Assembly: GCA_000934665.2 (NCBI GenBank)
Contig: KZ538339.1
Span: 1 to 64,000, forward strand
Direction: 5' to 3'
From: Catajapyx aquilonaris
Lineage: Eukaryota
DNA: 64,000 bases
The notes under the pieces were generated by a model. That model was not told where the DNA came from, did not search any database, and saw only the letters and a program-made list of their open reading frames with translations. This document shows positions 52,447 through 64,000 of this stretch, one piece after another. A program made the position numbers and the translations under genes. How positions within the stretch are numbered: the first letter of the stretch is position 1; each line of letters starts with the position of its first letter.

Positions 52447-53956
52447 ATTCAGGTCGGGTTACGGGCAAAACGAAGGCGTTTAGCGCCGGTTGACCTGACC
52501 CCTCGAGTACGGTAATCGAAGGCGAAGACGTGCGTTCAATTTGATTCCGGGGGGGTTGGGGTTGGGATGTAGGAAGGGTTGGGCGTGACCAGAATATTCA
52601 ACGAGCGTCGTCGGCGTCGGCATGAGTGTGTCAAACCGCATGTCCACCACATGTGCGTCGCACGTGAAACTGTGTAGGCCTGCTTGTTTTACCGCTATTG
52701 ATTTTGGTGTAACCAGCATTACCCATCGGTTATGCTTTTATGGCGCACTTCCGCACTGGCCCATGACTGCATTCGATGCCAAACCCCATAGACTATTTAT
52801 TGCATATCCGCGCTAAAATCAGTGCGTTTTCAAAAGGCCGTGTATAATGTGATTTATTGACGCTTTGCTTGTTTATGAATAGTTGACTCCCTCCGGGGGG
52901 GCAGCATTTTTTAAATTGTAGGGCTTGGTTTTATTCCGAATTCATGTTGTCCGATGGTTTGGTATCACCAGCGGAATTTCTGCAATCCTTCTCTTTGCAA
53001 AACCCGTCTCTGCGTAATTGCATTGAAAGGAACATTTGTTGCCGGGTTAGACCCTTCGGATTTTGCCAAGTGAAGCTGGCTCTCAGCCAGTGTATCTCGG
53101 CCGTTTTCCCCAGACTTCAAATAACCCCGTTGTCATTAAGCCTTTGCCCCATGCGATGGAATTAAAACTTGCTGCTGTGATTGCAAACTCTGATTACTCC
53201 GCTTCAACTCTATCGGGTTTTAATCTTTACCTGGAAAACTTTTCGCTTCTTCGCACGGTTTGACGCGCTTCCAATTAATATCGCCAGAAAAAAAAATTTG
53301 GACGGATTTTTTTTCTCTCTCTCTCTCTCTCTCGACCTAATTAATAATCCATATGCATATTTTTTGTGTTCCTACTTCTCGAGGAGTTAATTCCTAAGCA
53401 GCAGGCTGAATACGGAATACGGGGCGACCGGGTATTGATTATGGATGATGGCAACTGGGAGGAATTTTGGGGAGATTTAGCCGAAAAGCAGGATCCGTGC
53501 TCTTCAAGTGGAGCACTTTAGGATTTACAAAAGCTTCGTATATATATAGAGGCTGGGGCTGGAGAAATCAATAGTCGAGGTGAGTTTGGTCGCTTTTGTA
53601 TTCCGGGCGGCGATGAGAAGCATGCGGAGATCATAGTCCATGATTCCGGACTGCTGCCCACATTCATCCCTTTACCCGAAATTACAGTACTGTCCTTGGG
53701 AGCCTCACCGGAACAAATTGATATAGTCCAGCACTCGTGACAGGCACTGAATCTTGACAGTCATTAAAATGAATACTAGACCCCCAAAACTACAGCATTT
53801 TCCTGCCCCCGTACAATGTTAAGCTCCAAATAGGTCAAACCACACTCTCTGACACGTCTGACTGGCGGTGTAAAAATGCAGCGCACACCATGCAAACCTG
53901 GGTGTTATTTTAAGCGACCCCTGCATGTTCTTGTCCATCTCTTCTCTTCGAGTTAG

Positions 53957-54127
53957 CTAGTGTACAACTTGACATCCCCAATTCTGGAGTCAGCCTCCAA
54001 CGATGAGGGCGGTGTGAAGGAAAAGGCAGCTCAGACTGGGAACCAGAATCGATTGCTGGATATCAAAGACAGCCTAAAGCAGATGGAAGACTGGCTCAGT
54101 CTCAAAATGGACCTTGATTTACACTAA
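53957..54127 (+). CDS. Candidate terminal coding exon, unknown product
   Basis: Pyrimidine tract plus AG upstream. Open frame LVYNLTSPILESASNDEGGVKEKAAQTGNQNRLLDIKDSLKQMEDWLSLKMDLDLH* has protein-like composition, with ATTAAA just after the stop. Confidence 0.3.
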   Translation, partial: LVYNLTSPILESASNDEGGVKEKAAQTGNQNRLLDIKDSLKQMEDWLSLKMDLDLH

Positions 54128-56278
54128 AAATAATTAAAGTTGAAAAGCCAAAATTATTATTACCGAACAACCTAAGGTATTACTATCGAACACCCTGTAT
54201 TCCCCCCTTCCAAACTTGAAATGGTGGAAAATTCTTCCAGCTCGCGTCGATGGCGATGGAATTAACTAATAAGAGGCGCACTATAATTAAATTTACGCCT
54301 CCGCTCATTCTAAATGGAATTGAAAACCGCGGTTCCCCGGTCTGGGCACGTACCGTATTAGTGTGCACTGCAAGGCGGACTTGCAACCAATTACATTGCA
54401 TAATAGACTTCCGGTAGGCTTCTTTATTTGAGGTGGTGGGGGCCCGATGTAATCAAGCTGCTCCGTACACACACAAAGAACCTCTCGATCCCCAGAATTT
54501 AATTATGTCACACATCGGTCCGGTTTTAGTTTCCACGGACCTCATCCAAAAATTGGGCCATCTTTACAGGGTGGTACAGAATATAAGCTGACAGATTTTC
54601 GACAATAGATGAGCCAACAAAGGAGTCGGTGTAGTGTAGTTTGGGGAGATGGACCAGTAAATGATCTTCTCCCCCCCAAAAATATTTCGTTCTTAAGAGG
54701 TGGAAGAATCAAATTTCAGTTGGCAGCGAGAACATGTCTTTTGAGGTGCAATTCCGCAGCTCCACTTTTCCTTTTCTCTTTTCCTCCGGTCCTTTCCGGC
54801 AATTCCGCCAAGAAAGAAAGGGATTCTTGGAGGAGGGTTGAGAGGGGGGCGGATTTTTTGGCAACTCTGCAGTGCCCAGGGTCTTTATTCGAAGTGACTG
54901 CTGCCATTCGTAGGCATGTATCCCTCAGCTCTTGCCAATCGATTCCGTGATCAATCATTTTCTACAGGCCCCAAGACTTCAATGGGCCGAGATGGAAAGG
55001 ATCATTGCGGAATTTTATGCGCTTTTGACTAGGCCTAACCAGGTGTTGCCGATATTTTTTTTTTCTTTCCTTTCGAGATGGTTCCTTTTTTTTCTACTTC
55101 TATCTTGAAGCGAAGGGTATATGCAAGTGCTCTATTCTGCAGGCTTGTTGGATGCGAGTTGCGCCCCGTTTGCATGCGATAGGATTGGATTGGGTCTGGT
55201 GTGGATGTGGAGCTTTGTGGGAGAAAAAGGTTATTGTATCGAACCAGAGGATTCACTAGGAATAGGATGTGGTGAATCTTTGATGGCAGATCCGCTTTGC
55301 ATTGCAATATCCCGCAAGCACTAGCGAAGGGTATACTTTTTTCTCTCACAAACCTCACAGTCGAAGATACTTGTAATTTACAGAACATATGCGGAATTGA
55401 GTACTATTTCAGTACATATCAACTCTAGGTTTGTCAGAATCACCCTGTACATGTCACACTCTGATTGCCTTTTGGGTCAAACTGTTTATCCCTTCCAGCA
55501 CCCAACCAGCCAATTGCAACGACATGCACAATGCAGTTGACAAATAAAATTGTCGACGGTTATTGACCAGAAGCACGCGAACGTCAGTTTCCCGGACGAT
55601 TGAGTCATAATCGATAATCGCAGGGTCTCGCATCGAAATCGTGTACGAACCTAATAAAAAAAGGGGGGACCTAAACACAGAACATGGTTTAGCGTGCGAT
55701 AATTTCAGGGAGGGGTGCCGGCTGCTAACATTAAATCCCTATCTGCAGGTAGCACTGTTTTCTAGGAACGCACTACAATTTATCTTCTTATCACACGACA
55801 GAAACTCAGGCCGCAAAAAAAAATCAGCACAAAAAGTTTATACAGTTAGTCAACGTCACAAATATATGGTTGCACTTTTAAGAACATTATTTCAGAGCAT
55901 CCCTTAACATTCAGGCGGCCAATTTTTCCCCCCCTCGTCAATCGTACTATATTTTACGAGTACTGCATATTTTTAACACTGGCCAGTAAATTTGCAATAC
56001 CGACGAATGTAGGGTATGTCAATGGGACTCTGGGAGTGGGTCGAGAGAGAAGAATGCAGTGAATTCAAAGATTATTCCCTAGATGCCCGTTGAAAGCTGC
56101 TGAATTCCTGGCAGCTTTGGAAATAAGGCATTACTATTCAGGAAAGTTTTCGTTATGTGCAAAGTTTTCATCGCAGGTACAGACTTAAAGGCCTGCGGGC
56201 GATACAAGACGAAATATTCCCTGCGAAAATGTGCTGGCGCTTAACCTACACTTTGCCCACAAAAAAAGTGGGGGGGGG

Positions 56279-56342
56279 NNNNNNNNNNNNNNNNNNNNNN
56301 NNNNNNNNNNNNNNNNNNNNNNNNNNNNNNNNNNNNNNNNNN
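56279..56342. other. Assembly gap (64 N) between a G run and an (AG)n tract
   Basis: Direct reading; single Ns also occur at 23039, 30695, 45497 and 62631. Confidence 1.
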
Positions 56343-57581
56343 AGAGAGAGAGAGAGAGAGAGAGAGAGGCCTGGAGCTGAAGCATTATTGGCAAACCACG
56401 TTTCTGTGATGAATGTGGTGTCAATAAAATACCTCATGTGTCCCTGCTAAATTTTTTGTTGCGCATTTTTTTCACACTTTTCAATTTAAAAAGTGCTATT
56501 ATGTAATCATCCAAAACTCATTACGCTCAAGGTGCAACAGGCATGTGAGCTATTTAATTTCACGTGTTATTGGCATCACTGTAATTTTTTTAAAGTAATT
56601 TGTAGGATACCTTTCTCATGGCTCACTAATTATTTTGGTCCAAATTTGTTTCATATTTCAAATTGCAAATTACCACAGAAAATAAGTTAATTGCGTGCAA
56701 ATTTTTCCGTCGGATATTTTTTCGACTGTGAATAAACGTGTAGGGTATAATATGGTGCATATTCATGGAAATTGCCCTATTTAAGGCAGTACTGTACAGT
56801 ATTATTTAAATGTTATATAGCAACTCATAATCTGTTAATTTCCTGCGCTGAACCGTAAGAAACAAAATAATTATTTGAACTAAAGCAACAGTGAGTAATT
56901 TATTCATGTTTGACTATGTGCTGCGGTTCACAACCATATTATATTTGCAATCCCTATTTTACCGGGGTGAAACCCTCCCAACTGTTTATGCATGTAAGCA
57001 TCACCAACTTTTTAATACAGCTCTCGAAAGCGTTAAACCCGGTTTCGCAAAATTCATTAGGCTCGAGTTTTCGTGGCTCGAAAAAAAAAAGTTTGTCAAG
57101 TGTCAGGTTTAGCAAACCACGGGAGCATGTGAAGTAATTGGGCTAGCAACTCCCCGAACAATACAAACATGAAGATCCGCTTGTAGTGCTATCGAACCTC
57201 GCCACACGAATTTTGCCCATGTTTGTTACCTGCTAATTAGACCCCCTGTAAATATTGGTCCACTGCTCGATCTCCAGCGGATAACGCCAGTAATGAATAC
57301 GTATCGGCACGTGAAATGTTAGTGCGGGCAATAAGAGTGTGTAATGTTCTGACCAGAGCAGTTTACGTTTAAACAAGATGGCCGTTCCTAGCGTGTGTAT
57401 AAACCTGTATGTTCGGGGCCCTGCTTTTAATGTGCGTTGCCGGAAAACCGTTAAAACCATGCGATAGTTGTGCTAGCCCTTGTTCCTATCCTGGTTTATG
57501 GCCAGGATAACTTCCAGGATCGTTTTATTCCGCAGCCTGTCAAAATATTTAGTAGAAGTTGTAATAATGCCAGATTAAAAT

Positions 57582-57897
57582 GTGAAACTCAGTAGATTCG
57601 GGTTTTTGCGAAAATTTGCATTTGAAATTCGCAGTTTCGCATTTTTCAAATCACTCCAGGAAGCTCCAGGATGGATAGATCATTTTAATTTTAATTTTTA
57701 CGCAATGACAGATTGGGACCATTATATTTCCCCATTTGCACTTGTATTAATATGCAATTGGTACTACAAAAAAATAAGACACAAGCTACAATTGCTTGCT
57801 AAAATTATATTTTAAACTGCGTGAAACTTTCCTCGCACCTCCTGTTTTGATTTGAAAGAGGAAAAATTGCGAAATTGAAAATTTGACTGAATTTCAC
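57582..57897. mobile_element. Possible decayed MITE
   Basis: Inverted ends GTGAAACTCAGT / ACTGAATTTCAC (11/12) with TGCGAAA/TTTCGCA subterminal motifs; no clear TSD. Confidence 0.35.
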
Positions 57898-60800
57898 TCT
57901 TTCATCTGATGTCTATTCGAACAATATCGACTAAGCATTTTGGCAGGAAAAAAAGCTATCATGGAAAAGATCCTTTGTCAACTGTATAGACTAGACCTGT
58001 AATCCTTGGTCCAGAAATACTGTAGCTTGTTTTATACTGTACATAACTGATGCTGTACATCCGATTGACAAAGTGCTATAAACACATCATGCCTTAGGGC
58101 CATCGCACTATGCCTAAGGCCTTCCCATACCCAAAATTAATCACCAAAAATCAAATTGTCATCCTATTGATCGTGATGCCGTATTTTTTTCAACCGACAC
58201 AATCATTTTGATGGCAATTTTCAATATTGATTTTGAGTGTCAATTCCCAATTCAGCTGTGAATGTCGATTTTCTTCATGATTCTTCAATGATTCCTCCAT
58301 TGGCGATACCTGCATGAATTATGACTTTGCCTGCCACGTTATACAGGGACTGCAATTGGTAATTAATTCACGATCGCATATCTGCTGGCTCGGAGAGAGT
58401 TGTCCCGTAGGCTGCATCAGACTGGCCCCAGTTGTTATTGTGTTTTGATATGTTTTTCCCCCCCCGACTAAAAACGACTGCGGGCGTTCAAAAAGCTGCA
58501 ACATGTCTAATTAATGCGCTGCCAACTCAACTTGTTGACACAATTCCTGCGTATACCTTTAGGCGTAAATATTGTGTACTATAAAGAGGAAGCTTTCTGA
58601 CCTAATAAGGGATATTTGGCCCTATGCGGTAGCCAATTATGTCATTTTTGTGCCTACATCAGCAGGGAAAGGAGGGGGAAAAAAGTGGGCAGTTCACGCA
58701 GACCTAATTATAATCGAGGATCACGGAGGCCGGAAAATTATTGTTTATGAGTCCAAGCACATCGTTTACCCTCGATTACTATGTTTGAAACGGAATAAGA
58801 TACGATCGTTAAGTTTATCGGCAGTAAAAATGGTGCCTAAATCGCTCCCGTTTGATCTAAAACGCGTTGGTTTTGTTTTGATCTCTTCGTAGATACCGGG
58901 TCTAAGCATGGGGGTTGTGTGCTTCCAGTTCATGAGAGCATGAATTATGCAGAGTACCTTGCGGCATGAACTATTACTAATGTTATTGAAACTGGAGCCA
59001 GGACAGAATTGTGATCTGACCTATTCTCTTTTAAAACAGCCAATATTAAGAGAATGACCTTAAAACAACTGTTACGTTAACGTCTAGTTAAAACAGATAT
59101 CGGTACACCGAAGCACTTTGCATTGGAAAAGGCATAAAAGTAAGGGAGGAAAAAACACTATTAAAGTACAGAATTTAATTTTATTTGGGCTCGAGATTAC
59201 ATCTGAACCACCTGTTCCCATCTTCATATCTCTTTTTGACGAGCATAATTAGATGTAAAGCAGATTCGCGAATTGTGACAGTTACACCATAACTATAGTA
59301 GTTTCGGAAGGCCATTCGCTACCGGGTTTCCTGGCCCGTAAAAAAATATGGAGAATAGTGGGCGGAAAAAAAATAAAACTGGCTCATCCTGGGAAATGGG
59401 AGACCCCCATGGTTTTCCCTTCGAATAATGGGGGTTACTTTATATTGTTTCATTATAAGTCCCTTTGGGGCGCCATAATCAGGGGGAAATGAAGGGAAGC
59501 TTTAAATAAAAGCTGGGGCTGTCTATATCGATTGTGTGGTTCCCCCCCAAAAAAACCCTACTCTCATTAGGAGTACTATCATGTAACAGGTTCAAGCACA
59601 TAAAGCTGCCTGAGGGGAGGCAACCTTGGCGACATTTCTACTTTATTATCCGGTTTATATCGGACACGTTTTTTGGGATTCATATTTCAACGGAGTCTGC
59701 CATTGTATTCGGGGCTGCTTCCCATTGGTTGGAGTGGGGGGGCTGCATTATTTGGACGGAAGAAAGTCTTATCGGAAGTGAGCAGCGCGGAAGGAATATC
59801 GAAAGCATGGCATCGGGAGTGGAATTTCCAGACAGAAAACCTTGGGAGGAAAAAAAAACTATTGGGAAGTGCACATTGCGAATGCAAAGCAGGCGTACCC
59901 TACCAAATTGTATCAAATGTGGGTCCGAGTCTGTCCCTGCCCACTCACACAGGAATCTTTCAAAAGCCTGGTGGCTTACCCGGGGTCCAAAGACTTATTC
60001 ACTTTGTACAGTTTGAAATCCCGCCGAATCTGGGGAGAATCTGTGTACACACTTGTCACTTGCCAGCTTACTTTCCAGGACATTTTTTTAACGATGGGCT
60101 GGAGGTTCGGTTGCGAATTTTGAAGCATGCGATAAATTCGCACCTTCTTAACGTGACGTTGCAGTATCGCTGAATTCTGCCAAAATTCGGGGGGAAACCA
60201 GAAGAAATGGGACGAGTAACATAATTGCACACTTTTTTTGCAGGTACATTCTACAAAATGGGTTAATGAGCGTGATTTTAAGCCCAATTGTGTGGAGCTA
60301 CCAGAATGGCTTTGTGTCTCCGGAATCCAGGAAAATCCGGGGTAAATCTGAGCAATCCTAGTTCACACTTGTCATCAAAGGTCCTACCCCGTTCGGACAC
60401 GGTCGACTTTTTTTTTTTCCTTTCTGAGCGGATACAGGTTCGGTCGCGAACCTAATTAAGCATGTGATTAATTCCCACGGTCTGGCGGCTCCGGAATGAC
60501 TTTTGGGGTTCCCGGATCCAATCTTGGGCATATATAGGGTACAGTGGTGTTACATCTTGTGGGGATCCAGCACGTGTTGTAATATGGAAGGCGCGACAGT
60601 GACACATGGCCGTCCCCACCACGATACGTATCGGGTGACACTGGCCCCCGCGGATAATGGCGATTGCAATTGAGGCAAAGGATAAAGTCCGGGGGACTAT
60701 ACAGTATAGGCTACCATCCCTCCGGATATTGTGCAAGTCTGGGATGGTACGAGAGCGCTTTTTGGCTGGGAACTGGTGCAAATGTTATTGACTGGCGGAT

Positions 60801-62310
60801 TAATCAGTGTTGCCGACTTTCTCCAGTCATGTTACACGAGAGTCCGGTCGCTACTTTGTCAGTGTCATGTTCCGTATTTTTTGTACGTGTGTTTGCAGGA
60901 TAGCTACTGGCAGGCTACTGGCGTGTTGTAGTTGGTGAAATGATTTTTTTTTTTTCACTCGCAGCGATGTTATTCTCTGAAAATATTTGCTTCCTACTCG
61001 ACATTTATAACTGGTGTCACGCCCATTTGCGGTCAGGACAACGAGCTCAGCCTATAATTAATTCGTCAAATTTATTGCCGCTATACCACTGTAATAGATT
61101 AATCTATATGAATAAATTGGACAGAGGGACTGCCTGGGTCCAATTATTCAAACGAAATTGGAATAAAAGTCACCAGCCTATAATTTGGATCATACTGTGA
61201 ATTTATCTCATCGTGCACGTGAGATCAAAGAATAGTAGGGTCACATTTTTAACTAAGGCATATGGAATGGGCACTAATTTAAAGTGAAGCACATGTAATT
61301 ATGACACATTATTCATGTAATAATTTATGTGGAGAGTTACGGTCGCTGTAAGTGTTTGAACTGCATATTCAATAATGTCATTTGCAGTAATAGTGCTTAT
61401 CTGTGAATTTGCTGGATTTGTAATTTTCACCAAATATTTTTAGTGCACTTTTTCACACCATATGTGCACTAATTAGTTTCTGGCACCCAGTAGCACAGTC
61501 CCAAATCCCCCGAGCATGAAACGAGTTGTCAGATAATGCATTCAGATGTGTCCACGTGTGTCTCGCTCGGATTTCTCTCATGATGAGCCAGACGTCCCAT
61601 TTAGAGAGCAGTTAAGAGTCGAGGGAAAAACTTGAAGCATGTGTCCATAACACTGCTGCATGGAGCGCAGAGCAGTAGGGGGTGAAACAAAGGGGCCCTG
61701 CGTCCATTGGATGGAAAGCTCTCCCCCCTCCCATGTACACGAACTTGTCCCCGGGTCGTGACAGTCCGGATGAAGGGAGGAGGAGGGGGGGGGGGGATTG
61801 CACGATCAATTAATGCGTACGGGACATTAAGGGAATTAGCAGCAGCATGTTTTGTGTGCCGCCTGCAGGACTAGGCTGCTGGGAGCTTTTCCTGTCCTTC
61901 TGGGCATTAGCCAGCTGGAGGACATGGCATTTGCCGGACTCCCAAACTTTGCTTCAAAACCCACTTGCAAAACTTTCCGGGGGCATAATACACACTCCAG
62001 GGGACGGGAAGCTTTTAATGTCAACAGTCAATGGCTGAAGCGACTGATATTTTTTTGGGTGGCGCCTAAGAAATTGCGGACGAACCGCCCTTTCTTTGCC
62101 TGCATGTGCTGCATCTGCATGACAAATCCGAGTTTACGGCCAGCTAAACACATTCAAATTAGACGTGACGAGGGCCATTTTCGCTGCTCCAACGAGTCCA
62201 ATTAGAGTCGGATCGCCCGAGTCTACATTTGCACCATGCTTTGTCACATCGTTCGCAACCCCCATTGTCTTAGCCCCGGATGCACAATGCCATGATGCAA
62301 CAGTTTATGC

Positions 62311-62466
62311 TGAATGGAAACATTAGCCTGTGAATGGCAACGTTGGATGTTGAATGGCAACGTTGGATGTTGAATGGCAACGTTGGATGTTGAATGGCAA
62401 CGTTGGGTGTTGAATGGCAACGTTGGATGTTGAATGGCAACGTTGGCTGCTGAATGGCAACGTTGG
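62311..62466. repeat. 20-bp minisatellite, ~7.8 copies
   Basis: Unit TGAATGGCAACGTTGGATGT; first unit degenerate, last partial, no spacers. Confidence 0.95.
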
Positions 62467-64000
62467 TATGATCACTGCTACTTTTGAGTAGCGGTTACTG
62501 CTAGAAATCGCCGTTTTGTTCTTCTCGACTTTCCAACATGAGCATAGCGTCAAACTTTTTGTTAATCTCATTTTAATTACCGCAGATTGTTCTACTTTGA
62601 AGTAGTTTGTAGATGTGGGGGGGGGGGGGGNGGCTCCGGTAAGTACCCTCCTCGCCCGGTAGTGTTGCATCGGATAGTGGGTTGCATAATGAGGTAATCA
62701 GCTCGGAAGGAGGAAGAGACAGGTGTGGCGCGATAAAAGGAGCGCCTCGTAGTAATAATTGGGCCAAGAATATTGGAAGTTGGCTGGCGTTCGGCAGCTG
62801 AGGCCCCCAAGGCCACTTAATTACTTCCATGTAATCTGCAATGCAAGCAGGGGCCTGCTGCTTTTCCCCGGGTTATCCTCAGGCCCGCTAGTTGCAAGTG
62901 TGCTTTTGGATCTGCAAACTTCTTTCTTCTCTATAGTGGTAATAACCACCCCCCAGACTATATCACCTCTCCCAATTTCCCTCTGCGACTAGTTTTCCAA
63001 ACTATCGCCCACACCTTCATCTAGGGTGAGCAAACACACGCTGCTCTACTGATGGTGTGATCCGTCCACACTAATTTATTCCGTGTGATCAACACTTCGT
63101 TTTTTTCCATCTCATTTTTGAACATGCGACAAACCAAGGTGCGTAAAAGTCCTGCAATCCTGATTGGGACTTGTTGACGAGAATTGGTCCAGCTGGTCGT
63201 GTTGATAAAATGTAGAAGTGGGAGGGCCAGTTAATTTCGAAGGGAGCCCCCCACTGATTGTTGGAAGGGGTTTAGAACTAGAGAGAGTCGCTAACGCCGC
63301 ATGTAACCAATGGCACCAAACGACCCATACTCGTCTTTTCCCCGTCGCGAAACGGGCTGGGTTACTGCGCGTTTTATAGAAGCCGGTGGAAATAATTTTG
63401 AGGGAGGGAGGGGGGGGGGGTGTCCTTTCGGGTGTGGACCAAATCTTTGTCGCCGGAGTAGTGTCATTGTTTAATGACGGATGTTAACGAGGAACTAAAG
63501 CAGAGGTGGGGAAATGGAATTGGCCCCGTTTTACAGCGCTCTTTATATTGTGCGATTAACTTGCTCCGGCTATGAAATGTCTTGATTACTGGGGACGAAC
63601 CCCGGCCAATTGCGACCCTAGCCTTTTTTTGTATCCAATAGTTGGCTCTCTTTTTATGGGATTGGACTACAATATGTTCTAATTAGTGGCTAACAATTTT
63701 TGGTCCTAAGCAGTTACTTCTAGCTGCTATATTCAAGGCCGCAATTGCAGCGTGTTTTATTAGCTTAAAATAATTCATCCTAATAACAGCTGATAATATT
63801 ATTGACTGCCACAAATTGTAGATGTTCCACAATAGCGGGTTAAAAATAATCTATCGACATTTTCAAAGGAGCACACGGTATTTTGGATAGCATATGGTGA
63901 TTTGAATACGAATGAAAAAAGGGACTATTCCGTTACCTCTGTGTGTTGGATTGTTGCCGAGCTGCTCACGTACTTTTGCGGCCAACTGGGAGAAGATGCC

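Noticed and set aside
6994..54000. Shared 16-mer TGGAGTCAGCCTCCAA near 6994 and 53985
   Set aside because: About one exact 16-mer match is expected by chance in 64 kb, and the flanks do not align.
62311..62466. CRISPR-like appearance of the 20-bp repeat
   Set aside because: Units are head-to-tail with no unique spacers, no cas genes are present, and the context is eukaryotic.
1..64000. Hox-cluster assignment
   Set aside because: Homeodomain-type sites are plentiful, but I found no homeobox (WFQNRR) and no miR-10, miR-993, iab-4 or miR-196 sequence.

Overview
This is eukaryotic, gene-poor DNA, most consistent with an intergenic region or very large intron of an invertebrate animal; the taxon is inferred from composition and TE types and cannot be pinned down. 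None of the listed ORFs resembles an intact known protein. I found no rRNA, intact tRNA, CRISPR array, operon or homeobox. The following can be supported from the sequence. (1) Very old retroelement fragments still showing diagnostic peptide motifs: Ty3/gypsy RNase H and integrase C-terminus, a probable Ty1/copia RT-RNase H piece, and several non-LTR RT pieces, mostly shortened by internal deletions. (2) Small non-autonomous DNA elements: two Helitron 3' ends (one complete ~220-bp copy), a Tc1/mariner-like MITE and a pogo/Tigger-like MITE. (3) A tRNA-like SINE head, tandem repeats and an inverted ~70-bp repeat pair. (4) Motif-rich GC/CpG-richer blocks that look cis-regulatory. A few isolated candidate exons are flagged at low confidence, including one encoding a K+-channel-filter-like peptide. 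I do not see convincing evidence for a novel multi-gene biological system; the findings are hypotheses to test. All alignments and counts were done by eye.
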